From positions 15,500,001 through 15,564,000 of the forward strand of contig CM059447.1 in NCBI GenBank assembly GCA_030390025.1: a DNA stretch of 64,000 bases, written 5' to 3'. The notes under the pieces were generated by a model. That model saw only the letters and a list, made by a program, of their open reading frames with translations. It was not told where the DNA came from and ran no database searches. Origin of the DNA: Squalus acanthias. Its lineage: Eukaryota. Shown here in pieces: positions 1 to 11,944 of the stretch (the first letter of the stretch is position 1; every line of letters starts with the position of its first letter). A program made the position numbers and the translations under genes.

Positions 1-94
1 ACAGCAGCCACTAGCAACATTCTGTTCTCACATGGTAGCGATTGCACAATCAACAACTCTCAATACTCTTTCCTCACTTCACACTCTGCTTTCC

Positions 95-225
95 ATTCAA
101 CACCTCTCCATGTGCAATATAAGCAGAAGCCCCACACATGCACTCTCCTTTGTAGGAGACACTGAATCCGGCTCTCGCGCTCTGCAGGAGAAAACGGCGA
201 ATGGCTCCAGGGACAGGAGGAGGAC
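95..225. repeat. Source copy of a 131-bp local duplication (second copy at 967-1097)
   Basis: By direct comparison, 95-225 and 967-1097 differ at 4 positions. Confidence 0.95.
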
Positions 226-315
226 CAGCCAACCTTTTGCTGAAGCAGCAAGCTCTTGAAATAAGTGGCCCCGCAAGAGTTGTGCGCATCGGGCATTTCG
301 AGCCATGGGGCTTAC

Positions 316-351
316 CTGAACAGGATCTCTTGATTATTACTTGTACCCCTT
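316..351 (-). CDS. Candidate 36-nt cassette exon, phase 1-1, (E)GVQVIIKRSCS
   Basis: Minus strand: actgaat...gctttttttcgtgcttcaag|AAGGGG...GTTCAG|gtaagc. Frame-preserving and open in phase 1. TGCATG lies downstream at 137-142. No homology recognised. Confidence 0.45.
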
Positions 352-389
352 CTTGAAGCACGAAAAAAAGCATATTCAGTCTGCTTAAC

Positions 390-945
390 CAAACCGTTCG
401 CAACCTCGGCGTTCTATTTAACCCTGAACTGAGCTTCCGATCCCAAATCTTCTCAAGCACCAAGACCGCCTACTTCCACCTCTAATATCGCCCGTCTCCG
501 CCTCAGTCCATCTGCTGGTGAAACCCTCAGCCATGCTTTGCTTACCTCACCCCCAGACTGCACTATTCCAGTGCTCTCCTGGTCAGCCTCCCATCTTCCA
601 CTCTATAAACTTGAGCACATCCAAAACTCTCCTGCCTGTATGCTAACTCACACAGTCCCGTTCACCCATCACCCCTGTGCTCGCTGACCTACATTGGCTC
701 CCGGTCAAATCACTCCATAGCCTCGCCCCTCCCTATCTCTCAAACATTCTCCCGCTCAACAACCCTCAAAGAACTTTGTGTTTCTCCAATTCTGGCCTCT
801 TGCGCATCCCCGATTTCCTTCGGCCCACCATTGGCGACCGTGCATTCAGCGTTCTAGGCCCTAAGCTCTGGAATTCCCTCCCTAGCCCTCTCCTCCTTTA
901 AGACGATCCTTAAAACCTACCTCTTTCAACAAGTTTTTGGTAGGA
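390..945 (+). mobile_element. L2 LINE 3' fragment (degenerate)
   Basis: Translates to L2 RT C-terminal motifs (ITPVLADLHWLPV, LAPPYLS, IGDRAFSVLGPKLWNSLP). Confidence 0.9.
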
Positions 946-966
946 AGCCAATAAACTTTTTATTAT

Positions 967-1097
967 ATTCAACACCTCCCCATGTGCAATATAAGCAGAA
1001 GCCCCTCACATGCACTCTCCTTTGTAGGAGACACTGAATCTGGCTCTCGCGCTCTGCTGGAGAAAACGGCGAATGGCTCCAGGGACAGGAGGAGGAC
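967..1097. repeat. Inserted 131-bp copy of 95-225
   Basis: Near-identical to 95-225 and bracketed by actttttattRtatt at 955-969 and 1096-1110. Confidence 0.9.
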
Positions 1098-1298
1098 TTT
1101 TTATTGTATTGCACCACTTTCTCTGATTCCAGATGGAATAAGAAAGGAAATTTAAAACGTGGTCTATAACATAACTATTTTAGCCTATTATAACATCATC
1201 AGCTTAGCAGCAAATTTCACTATGTATTAGCATTAAATCAACTTGTTTTAAATTGTTAGTCTATCAAACTATACATGTCTTATATGTAGTTCTTGTAT

Positions 1299-1756
1299 GT
1301 CAGCCGTTGCTCAGTTGGTAGCACCTTGTCTCTGAGTCAGAAGGTTGTGGGTTCAGGTCCCACTCCAGAGACTTGAGCACAAAAATCTAAGCTGACACTC
1401 CAGTGCAGTGCTGAGGGAGTGCTGCACTGTCGGAGGTGCCGTCTTTCAGATGAGACGTTAAACCGAGGCCCCGTCTGCTCTCTCAGGTGGATGTAAAAGA
1501 TACTATGACACTATTTCGAAGAAGAGCAGGGGAGTTATCCCCGGTGTCCTGGCCAATATTTATCCCTCATTCAACATCACTAAAACAGATTATCTGGCCA
1601 TTATCATACTGCTGTTTGTGGGAGCTTGCTGTGCGCAAATTGGCTGCCGCGTTTCCTACATTACAACAGTGACTACACTTCAAAAGTACTTCATTGGCTG
1701 TAAAACGCTTTGGGAGGTCGTGAAAAGCGCTGTATAAATGCAAGTCTTTCTTTTTT
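1299..1756 (+). mobile_element. Full-length tRNA-derived Deu-domain SINE (SacSINE1-like; family A)
   Basis: A-box (gctcagttgg) and B-box (gttcaggtcc), Deu-like core gatgagacgttaaaccgaggcc...gtgtcctggccaa, L2-like tail ending taaatgcaagtctttcttt. Many copies in the window. Confidence 0.9.
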
Positions 1757-2616
1757 ATGTACTTCGGTCACAGAATGCCCCATAACTAATGAAAGGAATG
1801 GATGTACATTGGCTCATTCTAAAAAGGGAGGGAAGGATGTGGTTTTTTGAGTCAGATTTTAGACTGTGTTAAATGCCAGCTTTGACAGCACACATCTGAA
1901 AATGAGCTGGCTGCAGAACCCATTGCCATCTCCACCAACCAACCATTAGTCAGAGTATAACCTGATGATGACTGTACCTGTGTTAAGATTTATTTAATTG
2001 GTTGGTTGCTGGTTGCGATGCTGACATAGGTCACAAGTTTCTGAAGTGTTGAGCTGTTATTCCCGGAAACATCAGCCCTCCCCCGCCCCGAATTCATCCG
2101 AATGTAAGCTCAGGCGAACAGTGCCAGGAAATAATGCCTCCTCCCTTTTGTCACTTGCAAGTCAAAGTGCCTTCTATTTCTGGTACATTCCGTTTTACAA
2201 ATGCTAGTATAAACTCCTTGGACCTCTAGTTGTCTGTGGTTTGTTACTGATCTTTGATGAAACTGGATACGTTGAAACTGTCTCCTAATTTCTTCAAAAT
2301 GATTTGCAGCTTCAATGACACAAAAACCAGTAGCAAAGAAACCACTGATTTCTCTAGAATAATGAACATAATTAAGGGACTATACTCAAATATGTGTCAA
2401 AGAATGTAACACCTATCAAATAAGCAAAAGATTTTTTTGGAGTACCCTACAGGTGATGTAATAATTACGATGATCAGAGACCAACACACACCCGCCTCTA
2501 GTTTCAGGATGGGAGCAATCAAAACAAGTTCTTGGCTCACAACCTCATTGAGCCAGAACATAACCAAATTCATCTGAGATCACTCATTCCTGAAACAATA
2601 TAAGAACAGCACTGGA

Positions 2617-3402
2617 GAACATAGGAACAAGATTAGGCCATTCAGCCCCACAAGCCTGTTCTGCAATTCAATCAGATCAGGGCTGATTCATACCTCAACT
2701 CCATTTACCTGCCGTTGATCTATATCCCTTGATACACTTGCCTAATAAAAATCTATCGATCTCAGTCTTAAAAATTTCAATTGACCCGGAACCCACAGCC
2801 TTTTGGGAGAGTGAACTCCAGATTTCCACCCACCTCTGTGTGAAAAATTGCTTCCAGATTGCACTCCTAAATGGTCTAGCTCTAATTTTAAGATTGTGCT
2901 CTCTTGTTCTGGATTTCCCCCACCAAAGGGAATTATTTCTCTGTATCTATTCTATCAAATCTCTTTATTGTTTTAAACACCTCAATTAGATCACCCCTTA
3001 ACCCTCTAAACTCAAGGGAATACAAGCCAGGTTTATGCAATCTGTCCTTATAATTTAATCCTATAAGGCCCTGTATCCCCTCCAAGGCCACTATATCATT
3101 CCTCAGGTGCAGTGCCCAATACTGAACTTTGTACTGCAGATGGGGTCTGACCAAGGCCCTGTACAACTGAAGCATCGCTTCTTCCCTTTTGTATTCCAAA
3201 CCCTTGAGATAAAGGCCAACATTCCATTAGTCTTTTTGATTACTTTTTGTGCACTAGCTTTTAGTGATTTGTGTACATGGACACCCAAATCCCTTTCCTC
3301 CTCCACAATCTCTTGCCATGTAGAAATATTCCGATTTGTCATTCTTGGATCCAAAGTGAATGACCTCACACATTGAACTCCATCTGCCATAGTTTTGCCC
3401 AC
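2617..3402 (-). mobile_element. CR1 LINE 3' fragment
   Basis: Frameshifted RT C-terminus (EERDLGVHVH, LYRALVRPHLQY, RGDLIEVFK, FTQRWVEIW) plus a CR1-type 3' UTR. Confidence 0.9.
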
Positions 3403-3419
3403 TTATTTATTTATTTATT

Positions 3420-3705
3420 TGTTTTTATTCATTCATGGGATGTGGGCGTCGCTGGCAAGGCCAGCATTTATTACCCATCCCTAATTGCCCTTAACTCAGT
3501 GGCTTGCTAGGCCATTTCAGAGGGCAGTTAAGAGTCAACCACATTGCTGTGGGTCTGGAGTCACATATAGGCCAGACCGGGTAAGGACGGCAGATTTCCT
3601 TCCCTAAAGGACATTAGTGAACCAGATGGGTTTTTACGACAATCCGATAGTTACATGGTCACCATTACTGACACTAACTTTTTATTCCAGATTTATTTAT
3701 TAAAT
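3420..3705 (-). mobile_element. SINE family B (CR1-tailed), partial
   Basis: Reverse complement matches the body and tail of the full copy at 55636-56056. Confidence 0.85.
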
Positions 3706-3768
3706 ATAATTCTGAATTCTGAAAATAAAACTTGTTTGATTACACATTGCTTTAAAAATCCAGCATTT

Positions 3769-4048
3769 ACATAGAAACATAGAATCTAGGAGCAGGAGTA
3801 GGCCATTCGGCCCGTCGAGCCTGCTCCGCCATTCAATACGATCATGGCTGATCATCCAAATCCAGTACCCTGTCCCTGCTTTAATCCCCACAGTACACAT
3901 ATCCCACCCTACCCCCGTAACCCCACGTATTTAATTCCCCCTAACATATCCCATCCTATCCCCATAACCCCACATATTTAATCCCCCCTAACACTAAGGG
4001 TCAATTTATCATAGCCAAATCAACCTAACCCACACATTTTTGGACTGT
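3769..4048 (-). mobile_element. CR1-type tail, a ~48-bp tandem duplication and a V-SINE/HE1-like fragment
   Basis: acatagaaacatagaa...ggccattcggccc tail; duplicated acatatccc...ccctaac; caatttatcatagccaaatcaacctaacc resembles the V-domain. Confidence 0.65.
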
Positions 4049-4069
4049 AACTTTAAATGTAACTTCTCT

Positions 4070-4540
4070 CCAAATCCTTTCTGTCCAAAAAGTCCTTAAA
4101 TGTGACCTGTAGGCATTCACCATACAATGAATTACTTTGAAATGCAGTGATGTATCATGTCGGCAATGAAATTAACAACCAGTTAATTGTGTTTGGCTGA
4201 AGAGAGAATAGGTAGCCAGAACAATTTGCTGCTCTTTAAATAGTGCCATGGGGCTTTTAACATCCCTCCTGAATCACCAGAACAGGATCTTAGTTTAACA
4301 TTTCATCCAAAGGACAGCTCCTGCAAACATGTAACATTTCCTCAGTACTGTATTAGGCTAAATTATATGCTCAAATCCTGGAGTGGGGTTTGAACCCATA
4401 GCTACCTGGCCTAGATGTAAGATTTCTAGCCAGATTAATACTCTGTAAGGAAAATTATGTAATGCTTTCATTTCTCTTAGAAATGTCCCAATGTGCTTCA
4501 CATAGAATGGATTACTTTTTTGGAGTGCAGTGACTGTTGT
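4070..4540 (-). mobile_element. Diverged SINE family A remnants
   Basis: Degenerate matches (aatagtgccatggg, tttaacatttcatccaaaggacag, ctggagtggggtttgaacc). Confidence 0.65.
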
Positions 4541-6698
4541 TACGTGTGGCTGTATCTGACGTGATTTAACGCTCCAAGCTGTTCTGAGAGTAGGGCTGTC
4601 AGGTCATGAAGACGTATTGCAGTCATTTATGAGGGAAGTTTTTGCAGGGTGTAGGAGTGGCTATAAGTCTAACCCCTCGGCTCAATGGATGGCCACAGTG
4701 AGCAGCTACTGAGTATCCAATTGTGCGAAACAGAAGCACACGGGTAGGATATCGCATTTCAGATCAGTGATCGACGGCAATTGCTGACGTTCACTATCTA
4801 GGTTCGGGCTAGATGCAAGAGGGTTGCCGGTTCCTCTGGAATTGCACTGTCAGTGCCTTCAGGAATGGAGGGGAAGACATTAGAAAGATACAACAGCTCG
4901 GGGCACATACACAGATGCCAGTTTTAGTAGCCACAGCAGATGTTCTATAAATTTAGGACTGTCATGAATTTAGTGGGAGGTTTCCTTGGCCTGTTGCGCT
5001 GGATTGTCTGGGCACAGCCAGTATCAGGATCTTGGGCAGGTTGGAGTGCATGCCAATGAAAGAACTTGCCCGATTTACCCCAGGCAATCCAGTGAGGCTG
5101 GGCATTGGCCCAGCAAAAGCTCCCCTTATGTGTTTTGTTGCTATGCTGACAGTGATGTCTTGGATCTGTTGTTCCTGCATTCTTAACTGGAAGGGGGTTA
5201 TCCTCTGATGCATTTATGTTACAGCTGCTGCTGCTCGAGACCTGGTAGAGGCCAGTAAAGATGACAGCTTCTGGCAAAAGAGGCACGAGGAAAATGGACG
5301 CCAAAAACTTGGTCAAAGAGCCAAATACTGCGAGGTTAGGAGAGGATAACCAAAAGCTTGGTCAAAGAGCCAGGCCATATCAGGTGAGAAAACACAAGTC
5401 ACTCAAAGTTTCACGTATGAATCCTTCCTCGGAACAGTTTTTGAGGAATGGTTTATACCTGAAACGTCAACTGACTTGCCTTTTCTCGATGGAAGCTGCC
5501 CGACCTGCTCAACATCGCGAGTGTTTTCTGCTTTTGTTTCAGCTTGGTCAAAGAGGCGGGTCTTAAAGGAGGAGAGAGAGAAGCGGAGAGGTTTAGGGAG
5601 GAAAATTCAGAGAGTGGGATCCAGGCAGTTGCAGAGCAATCTGCAATTGTTTCAGTGTCATCAGTGCTCGGAAATTTGTTTCACGATGCAAACGGGGTCA
5701 ATTCCAGAACACCAGCAGCTTTGCATATTCCAAAGCTGCTTCCTCTAGACATGAGCTTTCCACGTACAGCCTACTCTAATTCAAAGTGGCTTCATTCAGA
5801 TTATCTGTTAATTCAATTGAAATCATGCAACCAAAAAAAGCCTTGTGAGCGATTTTATTAAAATTGCTTCATTTCTGCTACTGGATAATTCAATTTTCTT
5901 TCATGCAAACAGGCCTTTGAAGTAACTATAGGGGTAAAGTCATCATTGTGAGATACCAAACAGAGCTTATAACAAATTCAGATTTGCAGCTCGAATGTTA
6001 GCGGAGTTTTTAATTTTGAATTGGAGGTTTGTTCATACTTGCACTACAAATAGTCAAAGCGTGAGGTGGCTAATTGAAATAGTAATTAGCATGGTGACTG
6101 CAAAGGGTTAAATGATTTGGTACCAGATTCTGGTATTTAAGGGAGGGGTAATAGCAGAATCTTGAATGGAGTTGTAGGTAAATGTGCTGAGCTCTGTTTT
6201 CTAACTTTAGTGATTTGATTATTGGAGCCCTGCTGATGACCGCCTGCTAGCGTTGTGAGTTAAGCTATTGTCTGTCCTCTGACAGGCCTGGGTGGAGTCA
6301 ACGTTCGCTGCTCACAGACCATTTTAGTCACAGAACAAAAAAGGGTATATCCTGCAAGAGGACGCTGCAGCCTGACATCATTTAATACAACTCATGGCCT
6401 CTTTATCTACTGCGCTTATATTACAAAGCTGCTTCTCATAGAAATGATACCTCACATGCTAGAGCTTCTAGTGGTGTGGAGTCGTCCCCATCTACAGAAC
6501 AGGGATTGGGTGCTTCGTATAGCACCAGTAGCAACAAAGAAAGTGAGCGTGTGCAATTGTTTTAAAATGGTAGCTCGCGATTTAAGTTGCTTTCTTATTG
6601 GTTTCATGCAGTGGCTTCTCTCTTTTTGAACCAGGTGTTCCAGGTAGCTGGCTTTAGTGGACACCACATGTTTAATTTGTGTGAGAACCCTGTGCGGG

Positions 6699-7416
6699 CA
6701 CCAGCAGCTCGAACACACCAGCAGCTCGAACACACCAGCAGCTCGAACACACCAGTAGTTCGAACACACCAACAGCTCAAACACACCAGCAGCTCAAACA
6801 CACCAGTAGCTCGAACACACCAGCAGCTCCAACACACCAGCAGCTCCAACACACCAGCAGCTCCAACACACCAGCAGCTCCAACACACCAGCAGCTCCAA
6901 CACACCAGCAGCTCGAACACACCAGCAGCTCGAACACACCAGCAGCTCCAACACACCAGCAGCTCCAACACACCAGCAGCTCCAACACACCAGCAGCTCG
7001 AACACACCAGCAACTCGAACACACCAGCAGCTCGAACACACCAGCAGCTCCAACACACCAGCAGCTCCAACACACCAGCAGCTCGAACACACCAGCAACT
7101 CGAACACACCAGCAGCTCCAACACACCAGCAGCTCCAACACACCAGCAGCTCCAACACACCAGCAGCTCCAACACACCAGCAGCTCCAAAACACCAGCAG
7201 CTCCAACACACCAGCAGCTCGAACACACCAGCAGCTCGAACACACCAGCAGCTCCAACACATCAGCAGCTCCAACACACCAGCAGCTCGAACACACCAGC
7301 AGCTCCAACACACCAGCAACTCAAACACACCAGCAGCTCGAACACACCAGCAGCTCGAACACACCAGCAGCTCCAACACACCAGCAACTCGAAAACACCA
7401 GCAGCTCCAACACACC
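6699..7416. repeat. 17-bp minisatellite (caccagcagctc[c/g]aaca), ~42 units
   Basis: Tandem periodicity is directly visible and explains the long ORFs on both strands. Confidence 0.97.
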
Positions 7417-7554
7417 ACGCCACCAACATAAAAGCAGCTTTCGTTTCTGGCTGCCTTACCTTCCTTGTGGCTGGGAAAGATGCTTACAGGCGAAAAGGCC
7501 CCAATGCTGGTCTGGTTGCAGGCTGAGCGGGTGAGGTACAAATTGCCAGTCATT

Positions 7555-7760
7555 AGAAACAGATTATCTGGTGGCTTTTGTCTCTGGTGATAGTGTTTGT
7601 TTTGTTGTCGGGGTGAGAGGTGTTGACAAAGTGTTGTTCCTACATTACAACAGTGACTACACTTCAAAAAGTACTTCATTGGCTGTAAAGCGCTTTGGGA
7701 CGTCCGGTGGATGTGAAAAGCGCGATAGAAATACAAGCCTTTCTTTCTTTCTTCTTTCTT
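7555..7760 (+). mobile_element. SINE family A 3' part
   Basis: cctacattacaacagtgactacacttc...aaatacaagcctttc matches the 3' part of the 1299 copy. Confidence 0.85.
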
Positions 7761-7827
7761 TACTTTAACTAACTGCTAATGAAAGTCAGGCTGTTAATAG
7801 CATTACAAGAAAGTAAGCGACACACCA

Positions 7828-8066
7828 GATCAGTATCACTCAAGAATGGAAGAGAGACCAGAATTCCTCAACAATTGAGAGTGATCTTCTCTACTCAACA
7901 ATGGAAAGAGAGACCAGCATCACTAGACAATGGACAAGAGATCAGCATCACTCAAGGATAGAGAATGTGCAGCATCACTAGACAATGGAAGAAGGACAGT
8001 GTCGCTAAACAACAGAAGTAAGCAGCATCATTAGTCAACGTGAGCGAGACCTGCATCACTAAACAG
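7828..8066. repeat. Old degenerate ~28-bp tandem repeat (cagcatcactagacaatggaagagagac-like)
   Basis: Recurrent cagcatcact...caatgga motif, about 8 diverged units. Confidence 0.7.
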
Positions 8067-8079
8067 CAGCAGCAACAAC

Positions 8080-9145
8080 AATTTTAAGGAGGGTCTTAAA
8101 GGAGGAGAGGCAGAGGGGTTTAAGGAGCAAATTCCAGAGTGTGGGGCCTAGGCAGCTGAAGGGATGGCCGCCAATGGTGAAACAAAGGGAAGGAGGGATG
8201 CACAAGCGGTCAGACTCAGAGGAGCAGGGTATTAGAGGGATGGGCTGTAGGGCTGGAAGAGGTTCCCGAGATGGGGAGGGGGAAGGCCATGAGGGATTTC
8301 AACATGAGGATAAGAATGTTAAATTTCCGACATTGGGGAACTGGGAACCAATGTAGGTCAGTGAGGAGAGTGTGATAGGTCAGTGAGGAGAGTGTGATAG
8401 GTCAGTGAGGAGAGTGTGATAGGTCAGTGAGGAGAGTGTGATAGGTCAGTGAGGAGAGTGTGATAGGTCAGTGAGGAGAGTGTGATAGGTCAGTGAGGAG
8501 AGTGTGATAGGTCAGTGAGGAGAGTGTGATAGGTCAGTGAGGAGAGTGTGATAGGTCAGTGAGGAGAGTGTGATAGGTCAGTGAGGAGAGTGTGATAGGT
8601 CAGTGAGGAGAGTGTGATAGGTCAGTGAGGAGAGTGTGATAGGTAAGCAGAACTTGGTGTGGGATAGGATACGAGCATGAGTTTTGGATTTGCTGAAAGT
8701 TGCCAGAGGCTGGACAATGGGAAGGTGGCCAGGAACACATCGAAATAGTCGAATCCGAAGGTGACAAAGGCAAAGATGAAGGTTTCAGCGCGAGAAGGGC
8801 TGAGGTTGTCGATATTGTGGAGGTGGAAGTAGGCAGTCTTTGGGATATGGGGTCAGAATCTCAGCTCGGGGTCGCCTAGGACCCTGAGGTTGCGAACCGT
8901 CTGATTTCAGCCTAACAACAGTGGCCCGGGACAGGGATGGATTAAGTGGTAAGGGTACGGATTTGTAGTGAGGGCCTTTGGTCTTCCCAAAGTTTAACTG
9001 GAGCAAAAACGCAGCTCATCCAAGACTGGAGGTCGGCCAAGCAGTCTGACAGCACAGAGGCAATCAAGGGGTCAAGAGAGATGGTGGAGAGGTAGAGCTG
9101 GGAGTTGTCAACACACATGTGAAAGCTGACTCCATGGACCCTGAT
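8080..9145 (-). mobile_element. L2 LINE fragment containing a 22-bp minisatellite
   Basis: Minus-strand translation HGVSFHMCVDNSQLYLS...LSDCLADLQSWMS...LQLNFGKT corresponds to the L2 RT YADD region. Confidence 0.85.
8354..8644. repeat. Perfect 22-bp tandem array (taggtcagtgaggagagtgtga), ~13 units
   Basis: Identical units are directly visible. Confidence 0.98.
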
Positions 9146-9983
9146 TTTAACTCTGGTTTCCACCAGGCGGGAGGAGGGGGGGTGCTTGTGAAATGCTTTG
9201 ATACATTGGTGATAGACGTGATAAAGCACCATGTAAATTCAAGTCGTTCTTTCTGAAAGTAATGGTTATTGTTATTTTGTTGCTATTATTATTATTAATA
9301 AGGGTAGATACTGTATCCAAAAAGAAATGACAGTCAGTTTGAGCTGTTCTCGAGCGGTGGGAATCGAGTGCCAGCAGATCAGCCGCCCGTTTTACGCCCT
9401 GCCGAATGTTCCTTTCCATCGCAGTCAATCAATGCTTAAAAAATAAACATCGTTGAACAAAAAGTTAAAAAAAACGTTAATAATATGTTTTTCTTGACAT
9501 GACAATGCAATTGTTTAAGATGTCGGACAAGCAGTCCGATTTTCACCGAGTCCTGATCAGCAACCACATTAACACGTCATTTAAATGCAGTCAGAGAATA
9601 CATTTAACCTCAGTCCCGCCCGCTGCCAGGCCACCAGTGTTACTTTTCATTCAGCAGCATGACAACTGGCTTAAAAGCAGGAAAATCGCGATGGCCATTG
9701 ATGTTCATGGAGGCGGACCCATGCTAATTACCTTCTAAATGTTTTCAGCAAGGGAAACGACAGAGTGGCCCAAAGGTTCCAGGAAATACGGAGTGACCTA
9801 CTTAATGGCGTAAGTCACTTACTCCATAATTTGCTCTTTCTTTCTTTCGCGTCGTTCAAGGGGTCCCTCTGCTGTAGTTGCGCCATTACAGCGGTGCAAG
9901 TCCCCAGGAAAACCTGGGCCATTCACTGTAATCCTTCTCTTACAGTGTAATTAGTTTTGCTTTCTTCTTCCATTTAGTGGAAA

Positions 9984-9997
9984 GCACCACCTAGTGG
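9984..9997 (-). promoter_or_regulatory. CTCF-like motif CCACTAGGTGGTGC
   Basis: Close match to the CCASYAGRKGGCRS core. Motif match only. Confidence 0.5.
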
Positions 9998-10754
9998 TCT
10001 GGCTGAGAACTGACAAAACGTCAATAATTTTTACCCATAATGTCGGATAAATGACTTGAACTTAAAACAGTTTGTGTCAATAACATAAATACATATCGCA
10101 TACAGGTGACCTATTGGAGTGAATTCCACTTAGTGAGCCCTCTGTATTGTCATATCTTGCTTAAATTTTTCAATATATTCATTTTTATTAACAATGTTGC
10201 TATCATGTACGCAGGTTTGCAGGAATTCACTTTAATACAGTTACACTTGTTGATTATTATACATATTTCCAGAATTTATAATTTATTATAATGTCCCTTT
10301 CTTGTCATCAGCCATCAGTTTCCTCTAAATGAGCATTGTAATCAGGAACCTCGATCAAATTGAAATCGCTTATTCTAAAATTACGCTGGTTGCTCATTCT
10401 TTCTCTGATTTAAAAAAAACCCCATCCATAGTGAGGTGAACAGTCCACACACGTACAGTCCACACTGTAGGTTTGATAGAGCCCTTTCAGTCGTGCTATG
10501 GGTGATGAGGTGGCTCTGCCGACATAGCATTCTCCAACAAGGGAAAGAGAGGAACTAGCATCAGCTGAGGTAAGCAGGTACTAGCAGCACACTCCTTACA
10601 GCTTTCATGCTGCTGAAATCAGGAGTGACTTGACCAGAAATGTTGACTCTAATCCAAACTAGTTTGATAAGATGTTTTTATTCCTAATGTTTATTGTTTG
10701 AAGGATTATTACAACATGGGTTGCAGAGTGGAGTTCTATCAAACAAAACTCATT

Positions 10755-11516
10755 GGCCCAGATTTTGCGGTCAGTGGCGAACAAATGGCGCTCGCCGTTC
10801 ATTAGACTTACACTTGCCCACAGACTTTCTGTGGGCTTTTGTACTGTGATTTGTGGTTACCAGACAGTCGAAACAGGGGATCTGGGACCAGTGTGAACAG
10901 GGCAAGCAACTGTGCGTCTCCTTAACCAATCAGATTGAAGAATCCTCACTGAGACACGCAGAGTCTACACCAGGAAGTGTAAGTTAGAATATTTAATTCA
11001 ATGACAAATCATGCACAGAAAGCGAAATAAAAAGAGGGAAAGAACGTTGGGATTAAGAGCGAGAGAGATAAAAGAGACAGAAAGAAAAAATAAAACAAAT
11101 GCTTTTTAAAAATTTTTTAAATCTCCAACAATAATTAAAATCTGAAGGAATGAGACTCCACACTTGTAATTGTTAATTTTCAGTGCCAGAGAGGTTGTTT
11201 GGCAGTAATTAAGACTTATCACGTCGTTAAAATTCACTTGGACTTGAATGGGCAAGCCCTAATCTTTTCTGGTGTGTTTAGAGGGTATTTCGTGGGTAAG
11301 TACTGTACCGCAAGTTCTGTATTTCAGTGGCGACTCTCTCGGCGAGATACTGTTATAGCAAAGCTTCTGGAGGAGCAGGGGAACCCGGACAGTAACTTCC
11401 TGATTTCTGCGTTTAACTGCGCCTGTGTGGATGTCGGAATTTGCTGTCCAATTTACTGCTTTAATGATGGTGGGCGCGGACAGCCTCACTGTTATTCTTA
11501 CCGCAAAATTCAGGCC
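10755..11516. mobile_element. Non-autonomous TIR element (PIF/Harbinger-like MITE)
   Basis: Terminal inverted repeats (TIRs) ggcccagattttgcggt / accgcaaaattcaggcc; 3-bp TSD ATT on both sides. Confidence 0.85.
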
Positions 11517-11656
11517 ATTACTACTATAATATTACATGAACATTTAAATATATTTGGCCTTTATCGTCCTCAATTGGTAGTTAGAACTGATTCATAAACA
11601 AACATTTCTTTGATATTTTAAATAAATTACTCAAGTTTATTGTTCATACTTTTAGA

Positions 11657-11670
11657 GCACCATCTGGTGG
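11657..11670 (-). promoter_or_regulatory. CTCF-like motif CCACCAGATGGTGC
   Basis: Close match to the CTCF core, same orientation as the 9984 site. Confidence 0.5.
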
Positions 11671-11848
11671 TAAAAGAGGATAATTGGGATCTAACACCCT
11701 AATTCATAAATAAGTTCATAGGTCATCTTTTCAAACCATTTAACAGATACCTATCCCTTGTACCTCAAATAGCTGACTGGCCCAGCTGAGGGCCAATTGT
11801 GAGTAGCTGATCATCATAGTCACTCAGAACCAGACAATACAAACTCAC

Positions 11849-11944
11849 TGAATGAAATTCATGCAGTATTCAGACCCGGAGCAGACGGCAGCGTGGCAAT
11901 AATGTGAGATACAGGCGGAGGAGGACAATCGTCAGTACAAACTC
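11849..11944 (-). CDS. Candidate 96-nt stop-containing exon, (G)VCTDDCPPPPVSHIIATLPSAPGLNTA*
   Basis: Strong acceptor ttttatttttttcccccagtgtttctttcag and donor gtgagt. Phase 1 is open until TGA at 11859-11861. Confidence 0.45.

Noticed and set aside
1299-1370. tRNA gene (also heads at 33278, 55636, 16270-16343 and 58140-58213)
   Set aside because: The A and B boxes continue directly into SINE bodies; I saw no complete cloverleaf or terminator.
5440-5545. Additional hammerhead motifs in related repeat fragments (also ~37610-37700)
   Set aside because: The core CUGANGA and GAAA boxes are mutated, so the fold cannot be supported.
6587-7736. 315-aa and 319-aa ORFs as mucin-like or Cys-rich proteins
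   Set aside because: They are by-products of a stop-free 17-bp repeat, and their ends run into SINE sequence.
10491-10569. Plus-strand exon with tttcag/gtaagc sites
   Set aside because: Stops in all three frames and no other support.
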